This document shows, piece by piece, positions 38,303 through 50,311 of a stretch of DNA of 64,000 nucleotides (the first letter of the stretch is position 1; the number at the start of each line of letters is the position of its first letter). Where the stretch lies: NCBI RefSeq assembly GCF_004010195.1, contig NC_057711.1, positions 76,463,817 to 76,527,816 of the forward strand. The letters are read 5' to 3'. Below the pieces are notes generated by a model. That model did no database searches and was not told the origin of the DNA. It saw nothing but the letters and a program-made list of their open reading frames with translations. Both the position numbers and the translations under genes were made by a program. This DNA comes from Chiloscyllium plagiosum (lineage: Eukaryota).

Positions 38303-39987
38303 AGGGCTTGAAACTTAACAGTGAAAATGGAAGCAGGAGCAGACCAGTGAAGTTGGTATTTCTTCTTTAGATTACTGCTTGTGAGCTAGGAGGAACAGGC
38401 AGACTGCATTCCTGGCCCCTCAAGAAAACTATCTTCTGCCACAATCAGCTGTCATTCCTCTCCAAATCCACTCTCACCACTTCCCAACATCTACCAAACC
38501 TTCTGATTGCTGATTTAAACCCATTGCTCTTCCCTGCCATCTTCTCTTACCTGCCCTCTTTTCTGATTGCCAACCCAACATCCTCTCTCATCCACTGCAG
38601 TTTCATCTGGATCCTCCTTGATCTGTGCTACAAGGATTTCTAGGTCCTGTAACAAACGTCCCTCCTCAACTCCAAATAAGTTTCCATTTCCCTCCCTGTG
38701 TGTTCCTCAAGGTGCTGCCTTCTCTCCAGAATGAAACCTGGGGGTTTGTTACCTTTGAGCAATTGCTATCTCTGATATTTTCACTTCCATCAGTATAGAA
38801 GCCATCATGTTCCACATGGACAAAACAAAATTCTCAGATGCTGGAAACCTGAAATACAAAAGAAAATGCTTGAAATAATCACTGAGCCTGGCAGCAAGTA
38901 TGGAGTGAGAAATAGAGTGAATATTTGAGCTTTGTTACTCGCTATCAGAACTGGAAAAAGTTTGAAATGGTACACATTTTCTGCAAGTCACAGGATGGAG
39001 GAGGAAAAAGAATAAATGTTCCAGTGAAGAATGGGAGGCAGGAAATACTAATGGCAGTATTGGAGGAGTAGGGTCAAAAGGGAATAGTAAAGAATGAAGG
39101 GGTTGAAACTAGCACTGTGGATTATCCCTACAACCCAAGAACTGCAATTATTCAAGAAGCATCACTTTCTCCAAGGCAATAAGGGACAGGCAATAAATGC
39201 TGGCTGAGAGAGAACAGCCATGTTCTATGAATGAATACCAAAACATTAGTGTCAGAAAACAAAAATGAGAGCAAGAAAGAGATCAAAGTTTCAAAATGAA
39301 AGAAAAATGTAAGGGAAAATATTTTCTATTTTTGGAATCACTGTTGTATCCAAAGGGCTGTAAAATATGTAATCAAGAGATGCGCTGCTGTTTCGTAACC
39401 TTACATTTAGATTAGATTAGATTAGATTAGATTACTTACAGTGTGGAAACAGGCCCTTCGGCCCAACAAGTCCACACTGACCCGCCGAAGCGAAACCCAC
39501 CCATACCCCGACATTTACCCCTTACCTAACAATACTGGCAATTTAGCATGGCCAATTCACCTGACCTGCACATCTTTGGACTGTGGGAGGAAACCGGAAC
39601 ACCCGGAGGAAACCCACGCAGACACGGGGAGAATGTGCAAACTCCACACAGTCAGTCGCCTGAGTCGGGAATTGAACCCGGGTCTCATGGCGCTGTGAGG
39701 CAGCAGTGCTAACCACTGTGCCACCGTGCTGCCCACGGTGGCACAGTGGTTAGCACTGAACATTGCTGGAGGCCAAGGATAGCAAGGTCACTGTCAGAAT
39801 AAGGTAGAGAACTAAACTGATTGCTGATGCTTGCCAACTGATAGTTTACAATAAGCCTTAATATACTTTTAGCTATCTCAGTTAACTACCTGCCCTGATA
39901 ATCCCCCTCATTTCCAGGAAATGGCCCAAGGACAGCATAGTGTTTTCAAGCCAGTACACTGGCTAGCAGTGAGAATTTTCAAGCCCT
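38303..39987. mobile_element. Possible non-autonomous DNA transposon with nested inserts
   Basis: Perfect 11-bp inverted termini AGGGCTTGAAA (38303-13) and TTTCAAGCCCT (39977-87). No convincing TSD. Confidence 0.35.
39408..39734 (-). mobile_element. Young full-length HE1-like V-SINE with (CTAAT)n tail
   Basis: Minus strand reads gggcagcacggtggcacagtggttagcactgctgcctcacagcgcc...ccgggttcaattccc. The tail appears as (attag)n at 39408-39433. CpGs are retained. Confidence 0.9.
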
Positions 39988-42900
39988 CTTGTCTCCATGC
40001 TCATCTTCAGTAGGAGTTAAAAATCCCGCACCTAGATTTTCCATCTAGCAGGAATCTTTTCTCTCTTTGTACCATATTTGTGCCCCTAATAGCCAGAAAA
40101 TTTTCATCCAATCCCACCCTTAACCTTCTAAACTTCAGGAAATACAAGTCCAATTTGTGTAATCTCTCTTTGAAATTTAATTCCAGAAGTTTTAATGTGT
40201 GTGGTGTACTTTCCCCAAGGTCAATCTACACCTCTTCAGATATGGTACCCATATCTATTTACAGTACTCCAAATGTGGAACAAACATAGCTTTGCATAGC
40301 AGTAAAACAATTTCAATGCTCTTGTATTCTATACAGGCCATCATTCCATTAGTCATTATGATTATTTTCTGTACCAGTCCAAAACATTAATGATCAATCA
40401 TCCACAGTAGTCTATGTACTGCTCCAAATGGTGCTCCAAATCTTTTCGGCTTTCATAGTTTCTGATTTTTACCATTCAGAAAAGGTTTTGCTTAAAATTT
40501 TCAACATCAACATTATAAAAGCAGCCAGTGATTTTTAACAAATTGTTATTTGTGGGATCTTGCTGTGTACAAAGATTATTGCCACATTTCCTATATTACA
40601 ATGATGACTACACTTCAGAAGTATTTCATTTCACAGCTGTAAAGCCCTTTCAAACGTCCATGGAAAGTGCTGTATAAATGCAAGTCTTTCTTTTTTGAGA
40701 TCCAAAGTAAATGCCCTCATTTGCCTATATTTATATCTATTTGCCACAGTTTTGTCCATTCACTTAATTTGAAGTAGTAATATTTCTGAGAGCAGCTGAA
40801 ATATTTCAGTGCTCAGTTATTCTATTTTTAATTATAATCTCCTCATCACATTTGTTAAGGGTAATTTTAAGTTAATATTTCCTGGTTTCTGTCTCATGCA
40901 CATTTCTAAGACTGTACAACCAAGGAACAGAAGTAGGCCATTCAGCCCACCAATTCTTCTCCACCATTCCATAAGATCATGGCTGACCTGATAGTCCTCA
41001 ACCCCACTTTCCTGCTGTTTCCCATAATTCCTGAATATCACTAATGACCTCACTTCATCAGTTCTCTGTGGTAAAGAATTAAATAAACAAGTCCACGAGA
41101 AAGAAAATTTCTCCTTATCTATGTCTAAATGTGTTCCCCCTTTTTCTGAGATTACACCCTCTGCTCTGGGACTTTCCCACAAGGGGAAACAACTTACCTT
41201 GCCAAGTCCTTTCAGGCCCAACCTAGTCAACCTCTCTTCATAAGGCAATTCTTCCATAGCTGGGACCAGCCTAATGAACCTTCTCTAGACTGCCTCCAAT
41301 ACCAGTATGTTATTCTTTAGAAAAGGGATCCAAAAATGTATTCACAGTATTCCAGCTATGGTCTGACCAGTGACTTGTACAGTTTTAACAAAACCTCCTT
41401 GTTTTTATATTTCATTCCCTTTGAAATAAAGGCCAACATTTCATTTGCCTTCTCTATTACCTGCTGAACTTGAATGCTAACTCTTTTGTGATTCATCTTT
41501 GAGAACTCCTCAATCCCTTTTTGCAGCCTTTCTCCATTTAACTAATATTCAGCTCATCTATTCTTCCTACCAAAATGCATAACCTCAAATTTCCTCACAT
41601 TACATTCTATTTGCCAAGTTTTTGGCCACTCACTTAACTGTCTATATCCGTCTGCAAACTCTTTGTGTCATCTGCAAACTTGTCTAAAGTACTTTCATTT
41701 TCCTCATCCAACTCATTGATAGACAATTGTAAATAATCATGATCCCAGCACTGAACCCTGTGGCACTCCACTAGTTACACATTGCCAGCCTTTTCCTAAA
41801 CTCTGTTTTCCAATAATTAGCCAATCCTCTATCCATGCTAATATACCACCTCCAACATCATTGGCTCTTATTAATTAGCTTAATGTGTGGCACCTTATCA
41901 AATGACTTTTGAAAATCTAAATATATTACATTCTTTGCTTCCCCTTTATCTATCCTGCTTGTTACCTCCTCAAACAGTTCTAATACAGTTGCCAGGAATG
42001 ATTTTCCCTTCATAAATCCATGCTGACTCCGCTTAATTATATTGTGTATTTCTAAATGCTCTACTATTGCATCGTTTGTAACAGACTAACATTTTCCCAG
42101 TAATGTACGTTAAGCTAACTGGACTATAGTTATCCATTTTCCGGTTCTTTGCCTTTTTAAATAAATGTGTTATTTTCACATTTTTGAAATTCTCTGAGAC
42201 TTCTGCAGAACCTAAGAATTCCTGCAAGGCTACTTTAATTTATCCTATATATCTGCAGCTACTTCCTTTAATATCGTAGAATACACCCTATCAGGTCTAG
42301 GGGACTTATTGGTCTTTAGCCCCATTAGTTTCACTATTTTGTCTTCTTGAGATAATTATTGTATTTATTTCCTATCCTTTTGCCCCTTAAATATTTTGTA
42401 ATTTTGGTATGTTATTCATGATTCATACTGTGAAGTCTGATGCATACTATTTATTTAGCTCCTCTGCCATTTCCTGGTTCCCCATTATTATTTCCCCAGC
42501 CACATTCTCTCAGGGGTATATATTCACTTTGGCTTCTTTCTTCCTTTTCACACATTTAAAGATGCTCTTGCTGTCCATCTTAATTATGCAAGCTGGCCCT
42601 CAAACATTATTTTCTCTCTCCTTTTATTCTTCATCTTGGTTGTCTTTTGTTGATTTTAACAAATTCTAATGCTCCAATTTACCACTATTCTTTGCCGCAT
42701 TGTGTGTTTCATCTTTCAATCTGATGCTGTCTTTAACATCCCTGGTTAGTCATAGTTGTCTTTTCCCCTTCCTATAATCCTTCTTTCTCATCTTTGCTGT
42801 GAACATGAGTTAGTTTCTTAAATGTCTGCCATTAATACTCAACTGTACATGCTGGTAAATACCTTCCCCAGATAACCCCAGCTAACATTGCCCTCATTCA

Positions 42901-43072
42901 TTTTAATTTCCCTTATTTTAGCTTAGTGTAGTTGTTTCAAGCCCAAGTTCGTCCATTTCAAACTGAACGCAAAATTCTATCATGTTATGGTCACTGTTTC
43001 TGAGGAAATATGACATCTTTTTATTAAACCTACCATGTTATACATCACCAAAATCAAAATAGCCTGACCACT

Positions 43073-43271
43073 GATTCCCTCACCTTAACCTCCTTCCACC
43101 TATCGCATTCCCAACGCCCCTCCCCCAAGTCCCTCCTCCCTACCTTTTATCTTAGCCTGCTTGGCACACCCTCCTCATTCCTGAAGAAGGGCTTATGCCT
43201 GAAACGTCGATTCTCCTTCTCCTTTGATGCTGCCTGACCTGCTATGCTTTTCCAGCAATACATTTGTAAGC
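43073..43271 (+). mobile_element. Family A PLE terminal segment (C-rich tract, hammerhead, tail)
   Basis: Shares ctcctt..gatgctgcctgacctgct..gcttttccagca with the other family A copies and includes about 100 nt upstream of the ribozyme. No clear TSD. Confidence 0.7.
43177..43212 (+). ncRNA. Minimal hammerhead motif, core intact (family A)
   Basis: AUUC-CUGAAGA-A-GGGC(UUAU)GCCU-GAAA-CG-UC-GAUU, with one G-U pair in stem II and one U-U mismatch in stem I. Confidence 0.72.
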
Positions 43272-46210
43272 ACCAATTGTTATAGAATCATATAGTCATA
43301 GCGATGTATAGCATGGTCCAACTCATTCATGCTGATGTGATATCCTAAATTAATCTAGTCCCATTTGCCAGCATTTGGTCCATATCCCTCTAAACCCTAC
43401 CTATCCATACACCAATTCAGATGTCTTTTAAATGTTGTAATTGTACCATCTCCTCTGGCAACTCATTCCATTTGCAAACCATCCTCTGTGTAAAGAAGTT
43501 GCCCCTTAGGTCCGGTTTAAATCTTTCCCATCTCCTCTCAAACCTATGCCCTCTAGTTTTGGACTCCCCTACCTTGGGAAAAAGACCTTGCCATTCATGG
43601 TTTTATAAACCTCTATCAGGTCACCTCTCAGCCTCTGATATTCGAGGAAAAATAGCCCCAGCCTATTCAGCCTCTCTGTAGCTCTCTTCCCTGAACCCTG
43701 GCAACATCCTTGTAAATCTTTTCTGAATGTTTTCAAGTTTCACATCTTTTCTGTAGCAGGAGACCAAAATTGCACACAGTATTCCAAAAGTGGCCTAACA
43801 ATGTCCTGTACAGTTATAAAATGACCTCCTAACTCCTAAGCTCAATGCACTGACCGATAAAGGCAAATGTACCAAACACATTCTTCAGGATCCTATCTAC
43901 CTGCAACTCCACTTTCAAAGAACCCCAAGTTCTCTTTGTTCAGCAACACTCCCCAGGACCTTACCATTAAGTGTATAAGTCCTTCCCTGATTTGCCTTTC
44001 CAAAATGCAGCACCTCACAATTATCTAAATTAATCTCCATCTGCCACTACTCAGTCCATTTGCCTAGCTCAACCAAGATCCCATTGTACTCTGTGGTAAT
44101 CTTCTTCACCATCCACTACACCACCAATTTTGGTGTCATATGCAAACCTACAAAACCATAACTCCTATATTCACATCTAAATCATTTATATAAATGACAA
44201 AAAGTAGTGGACCCAACACCGATCTTTCCAGTATACCGTTGGTCACAGGCCTTCAGTCTGAAAAGCAACCCTCCACCACCACTCTCTGTCTCCTACCTTC
44301 AAACCAATTTTGTGTCCCGATATTATATGTGATCTAATCTTGTTAACCAGTTTACCATGTGGAAATTGCTAAAGTCCATTTAGACAACACCTGCCTTCAT
44401 TAATCTTCTTTATCACTTCTTCAAAAAACTGAATTAAGTTAGTGTCCCAGGTACAATGCCATGTTGACTATCCCTAATCTGCCCTTGACTTTCCAAATAC
44501 ATGTAAATTCTTTCTAGTAAACTATCCCAAATACATTTGATTAACTCTTCCTTGAGGCTTTCCCTGCTAATCTGACTATCCGAATCTACATGAAAATTAA
44601 TGCCACCCATGATTAATGTACTTCCTGACATACCTTATTTTCCAATCTAAAGCAAAGTGTCCTAAAAGACTGAAGTTTGTAAGATTATAATTAGGGCATC
44701 TGCACACCTCTCCTTTAAAACATCAGGTTCTAGGGACCATTACTTTCGTAATTTACCATATTTTTGCTGACATAAACTTTAGTGAACTCAGCTCCCTGGT
44801 TAATTATTCATTTCATTGGAATGTCCAGCATTCTATCCTCTTCCCCTTTTATAAATACCAATGCAGGACCACAATGCCTTATTGCCATTCACAGTATGAT
44901 CATTATAGGTTTTCAAGTGATTTATATCACTTCTTACAACCCTATCTTTCATCACGTATAATGATTGTTTTCTGCTGATTTTGATATTCTGTTTAATTTT
45001 TTTTACTACTTTTTGTGGCTTTCACTTTTTTCTCCTTTGATTTCCTTTACATCTTGTGTGCTTATCATGCACCAGGATTTATGCTAGCTTTTGCATTTTC
45101 CATTTTTCTTTTCTTTTAATTATCCTTTACTTTCTCCCTGTTTTTGGCAAAAGAGGTTTTTGAACTGTCTGTATAATGGTTTTTTTGAAAGCCACTCCCT
45201 TTGATCTTTTCTTGTTTTATCCATAAACAGATTTACCCAGTTTATCATGAACAGAGTTTGTCTCAACCTATTAAAATCAATTTTCCCAAACCTACAATAC
45301 CCTGAACACTTCCATTTATTAATATTTGAAATAGCCAAATTGTACCTCATTTCTAACTTTTTTTCTTCACACAACCACATTCAGTTCTATTGATTCATGT
45401 CAAAGAGTCTGTTACATATGATATTCTTATTAGGTGGGAAGACCTAATTGGTGGTTGTACATTGATAAAAGTTATTTTGAAGAACAAGCCTATTTGGCTT
45501 GAGTTGCGGAACAAAGGATAATTTAGAAACTCATTCACATTTGAACAAATTATATTACAAACAGGAAAATTAAATATATTGCTTAAAAATACTAACCTAG
45601 TCCAATGCAATAAAAGCTGGCATTTATTTGTCAAGCATGTATATCCCTTGTGTTACCATTACGTACAGTGCACAATGTATATCATTATCCATGTTGTTCG
45701 GTTCTCTCATAGCTATCAGCAACAGTAGTGGCATGAAGGGACAGTGAAAATCTTTGTTGAACCTTAAAGGCATAGTACTTCTCTGGATTTTATCCTAATT
45801 TGTCTCTGAAAGGAATCATCCTAATTAGAAAAACGTTGCTGAATTTTCCGATTTCTTTATTGCAACCCTCACTATGCTCCAGCCACCACCAATACCTCAC
45901 CTCAACACATACACACATACCTATATGCACAGTGCTAGATAGGTGTAACGTACCTGAATTGCTGATAGACCTATCACATTTTGTTTAATTTTTTTTAGAT
46001 GAATTTACTTGTCTATTAGTTACTGTGAAAAACAAACTTCAGGTCAATTTTTTTGATGGATTTGCAAACCTACATCGAAGCTTTTTTCAAAGAATGTCAT
46101 CTGGACTTTTGCAGCAAATGGCCCAGAGACTGAATAGAATATCTGACTCAAAGGTTAACCCATTCTATGTTTACAACTGCTACTCATCAGGATTTTTATT
46201 TTTTGTACAG

Positions 46211-46253
46211 ATGATCCAAGACTATGTACATTGTGTAAAGGGGGCTACTACAT
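46211..46253 (+). CDS. PCSK5: PCSK5 exon e, 43 nt, phase 1->2
   Basis: Acceptor tttttatttttttgtacAG and donor GTaagt at 46254. Reads (D)DPRLCTLCKGGYY(I). It is needed to bridge the phase between exons d and f, and resembles the recalled DDPGTCTSCAMGYY. Confidence 0.88.
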
Positions 46254-48421
46254 GTAAGTTCATTTTTCTCTTCACCTTATTATCTTTTAAAATGAACTCT
46301 GTATAAGAAACAACCAAATTGCAATTATTTCTCTTTTAAAGGGTGGACAATGTTTAATTTGCATTGCTCCTAAAAAAAGAATAATTGCAGACATTTATTT
46401 CTAGTAATTATCCATTTTCCCTGGCTTTTCACTCAAAAGATGGAGCAAATGATCTTGCTAACCTCTGGAGCTGTTTGCCAACATTACTCTTTCCTGCAGT
46501 AGTTTGATACATTTATGACAGAAGATTTGATAGATGAACGGTTAAGTTCTACCATGATACCAATGATGCATGTTTCTATTTTATATTGAAATTGTGCAAT
46601 ATATATTGACAAAATTAATCCTTTCCTTTGGAATTAGTAACTGATAATTGTTTACAGTTCCTAATGTTATGATGTAATTATTGTCAGGTTGTTAAAACAA
46701 ATGCAGTTAAATGATACTCAAAGGTGATTTAAAACTGACTTCCAGCTTTTTTTAATCTAAAGAAGTGCAGTCAGCAGAGGAAAATGAAGGGGTCAGGTAG
46801 TTTGGAGGAGCTTAGCCATCTTTCAGTGCAATTTTCAAGGGAGCTACTAATGGTCAAACAGATGCATGTCTATTTGATACATGTTTAGAAAGGATACCGG
46901 GTCAAATGTTGTAGTTGGACATGCTGGAAGATTTCAAGTACAGATGTTGAACAGCCCAACCAACATTGCTTAAAGTAATTGTTGATGATATTTTATAACA
47001 GGACCCGAAACTGAGGTTAATTTTTTCTACTCTTGCTTGTTTTGGGTGGAAACTGAAAATCCTCATTCCTCATTATCTCATTCTAAATGTGAGCAAGGTC
47101 ACAGGACTTTTATTTGTAAAATCCCCTTTAAATACAACTATAGATAGTCTTTGGACTTGATAATAATTGAGTATATGATGAGAACTTTCATAGAACACAG
47201 GATTTTGATTTTATTCCCCTAGTGCCAAAGTAAAAAAAACTACATAAAAATATTTGCTATAAATTACAAAGGAGTGAATAGTATTATTCAAAATACCTTT
47301 ATATTTCAAGAGTTTCTTCTCATGTTTACAATGTCATCCATATAAATGTGATAATACAATTTTAAATCTTTGGCCCAGAAATTTTGATGGCTAGGTAGCT
47401 ATTGTTTCTGTAGCTTAGATTGGACCAGTTCCTGGGAACATGCAGGTTTCCCAGAACTGCTGACTCCAAGGGAATTACCCAGGAATTTGAAAATTCTGAT
47501 GAGCATTTCCTAGTGTCTGAAACCTTCCAAGAATCCCACGCCCTCTAGCCAAATAATGCAGTGGGTTTCTGACATATTTAAGTTTATTAATTAACCAGGA
47601 AACATTTGAAGATTAAAAACCTAGTCTAATGCTTGTGTAACTATTAAACTGAACCTCTGACCCACCATTGTCTCCCATGATCCACACCCTTTCATCTGAA
47701 ACTTCCTGGACCTAACACCCAACATGCTGAACTGGACCCGACCCTCACTGGACACAGCAACATAACAGTATCTGACCCAGGTCCCGATCTGACCCCACAC
47801 CATCCTCACAGCCAATACAACACACATGGGTCCCAGACTCAGACCTGCTTTGCCCTCTTCACCTCAGTCTAACACATACAAGCACTCCTACCACCTCTGT
47901 CACTCTCACCTAAACACTCAGATTTTCCTGCTCTCTAACTCATCGCTGACCTGCCATGCTAATCCCTTACCCAAATCCCTACTTCACCCAGTTGGCATTC
48001 TGCCCTTATCACCCACCCATCACCCTGTCCCATACCTCCTTGGCACAGTATTCCCCTCCTTATCCACCTGCAACACTACCCACATTTAGCTTGCATATTT
48101 TTCCTTTCACAGGAGACATCAAAATGGCTGACTGCTGTTGGACATCTAACTCTCAGAATGTGGCATATTAGCAAAAAGGGGGTAGGGTTTCAGTAACCAT
48201 CATCTCCCCTGCTGGCTGTAGAGATTCCTGAATAGTCATCTAAATGTATTTATGGATAATGTTTTGTCTATCCAAGTGTTAGAAATAGGATTCCTGAATC
48301 TTAGCAGAATTTCTAGGCAAATATTTCAACCATACATTTTGGTGTATCTGCAGTAACTTTGGATAATCAGTGTATTTTGCTCTCATGCTAACATTGTGAT
48401 CTTGTAAAACCTTGACTCTAG

Positions 48422-48564
48422 TTTTCACCAACGCTGTTATGAGACTTGTCCAGCCAAAACATTTAAAAGTGAATCTACGATGGAGTGTAGACTTTGTCAC
48501 GAGAATTGTATTGACTGTGATGAAGAACGATGCTATTGGTGTGAGACTGGCTTCTTCCTCTCAG
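48422..48564 (+). CDS. PCSK5: PCSK5 exon f, 143 nt, phase 2->1
   Basis: Acceptor cttgactctAG and donor GTaagt at 48565. Reads FHQRCYETCPAKTFKSESTMECRLCHENCIDCDEERCYWCETGFFLS, containing the CYWCEEGFFL-like motif of PCSK5B. Confidence 0.92.
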
Positions 48565-49429
48565 GTAAGTAAAGCCTGGCTGAGCAATTCTAATTCTGAT
48601 CAACATTAAACAAGCATGAGGTTACATTGAAATTTTTGACAATGCCTGTGATTATATGTAAGTGTCTGCCAATAAGAGTAATGATTTTTTTTCAGACATC
48701 AATACTGTTAGAGCTGCTAAATGTTTAATTGAAAATAAGCATCAGCTGCAGTATTCCTAGCACATTTTGTGGTTTAATGCCAATGCTGGTCTTTTTCACT
48801 TGTATGATTCCTCTGTTCTTTCTTTTCTTCATCATATCTATCACTGAACTGATTCCGTTATTAACAGGAATTGTAACTTGATCAAATCAGTCATTACCAT
48901 GCTTTCATAGAAAGTTAAGAATAGCAGATGTTGGAGATCTGAAACAAGGAAAAACACTGGAGAAACTGCACAGGTCTGGCAGCAATTGTGAAGAGAAAAC
49001 AGAGTTACCATTTCAAGTCCAGGGATCTTTCTTCAGATCGATGCCTTCCTCTCCACAGTGGAAAGTACAGAACTTAAACACTGCTAAAAGGAGACTAGAC
49101 TTTGAAACTTTTTCCCTTGCACTCATCAAAACGAAGATGAATGAAATAGAATTAAAAGCAGAGACAATATTTTATACAAAATGGGAAGGGGGTATTGGGC
49201 CATAATTGGCATGGAGATACAGCAAGAACAGTTAACTGTCAATCTTAATTCTCAGACCAGGCAGGTAGACTCTAATTAGGCAGGACTTTGCCACAGTAAT
49301 ACAGAAGAGTTTGGCTGTCTACAGCCTTTTTTCAAGTCTGTTCCCTACATCTTTATTCTGACAAGTTCAGACAAAAAGCTCCAATTTCTAGATTCCTCAT
49401 AGCAACCTGAGGAGAATTCTAAATTGAAA

Positions 49430-49980
49430 ATAGGAGGAACTGCAGATGCTGGAAATTAGAAATAAAAACAGGAATTGCTGGAAAATCCCAATGGTACTGG
49501 CAGCATTTGTGGAGTGAAAGCAGAGTTAACATATAAGGTCCAGTTACCCTTCTTCAGAACTGATAATAGCTAGGAAATATTTTATGCGGAACATGAGGTG
49601 TGGGGAGGGAGTAAATGAAATGGAGATAGAGCCCAACAAGAGAGAAAATTAGTTGGACAAAGAAATGGGTAAAGATCAGCCTGGAAGAATGAATAGTTGC
49701 TAATGGGGACTATTGGTAGCTGATAATGGGTTGTGTGTGGTAGCAGCCCAAGTGGTAACAAAGCCTGGTGTTTGGGGTAGGGAAAAGCCATGGGTGAAGG
49801 TGTTGAAGCCTTAAAATTATTGACCTCGATATTGAGTTCAGAAGGCTTCAAGAGTTCCCAAGCAGAAAGCCAAGCACTTCAGCATGACTGAGACAAAGAT
49901 GTTGGCCAAGGAATATGTTGATGTGTTGAAGTGGCTGGCAACTGGAAGCTCAGGATCTTTCTTGTTTCCAGTTGCCTGCA
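49430..49980 (-). mobile_element. Penelope-like 3' remnant (family B)
   Basis: Minus ORFs KKDPELPVASHFN...LGTL and PSELNIEVNNFK match a GIY-YIG C-terminus. Decayed hammerhead on - at 49524-49561. Confidence 0.75.
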
Positions 49981-50311
49981 AGCTCAACATACTGCCCTGT
50001 TCCATGGTCAAGGTCTTTGCCTCAGGCTTGCTGCAGTGGTCTAGCAAAGCTCAGCGCAAGACAAAGGCTGCATTTTCTACTTGGGAACTCTGCAGCCTTT
50101 GGGATTCAAGATCGAGTTCAGCAATTTTAGGACTTGAGCACCTTCCCTCATGTCTTTCCCCTATCTCTACACACCACCAAGTCCATCACTTTGTCTGTCC
50201 AACTATTGTTCTCTCTCTCTAGGCTCTATCTCCACCAATCATTTACTCCTCCTCTCTCTCTTTATCCCATCTTCTGCATAACTACTAAGCTTTTCTGAGC
50301 TATTATCAGTT

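Larger units (their letters stand above)
40905..44640 (-). mobile_element. CR1 ORF2 (40905-43070, resuming at about 44510-44640) with a PLE piece and a second CR1 (43280-44505) nested inside
   Basis: NYSPVSLTYITGKML, LPYEERLTRLGL and TLIMGGINFHVD (APE). The inner CR1 has its own catatagtcatag tail. Confidence 0.82.

Noticed and set aside
47372..48319. Possible TIR element (ggcccagaaatt ... aatttctaggca)
   Set aside because: The inverted match is imperfect and there is no TSD. Too weak to call.
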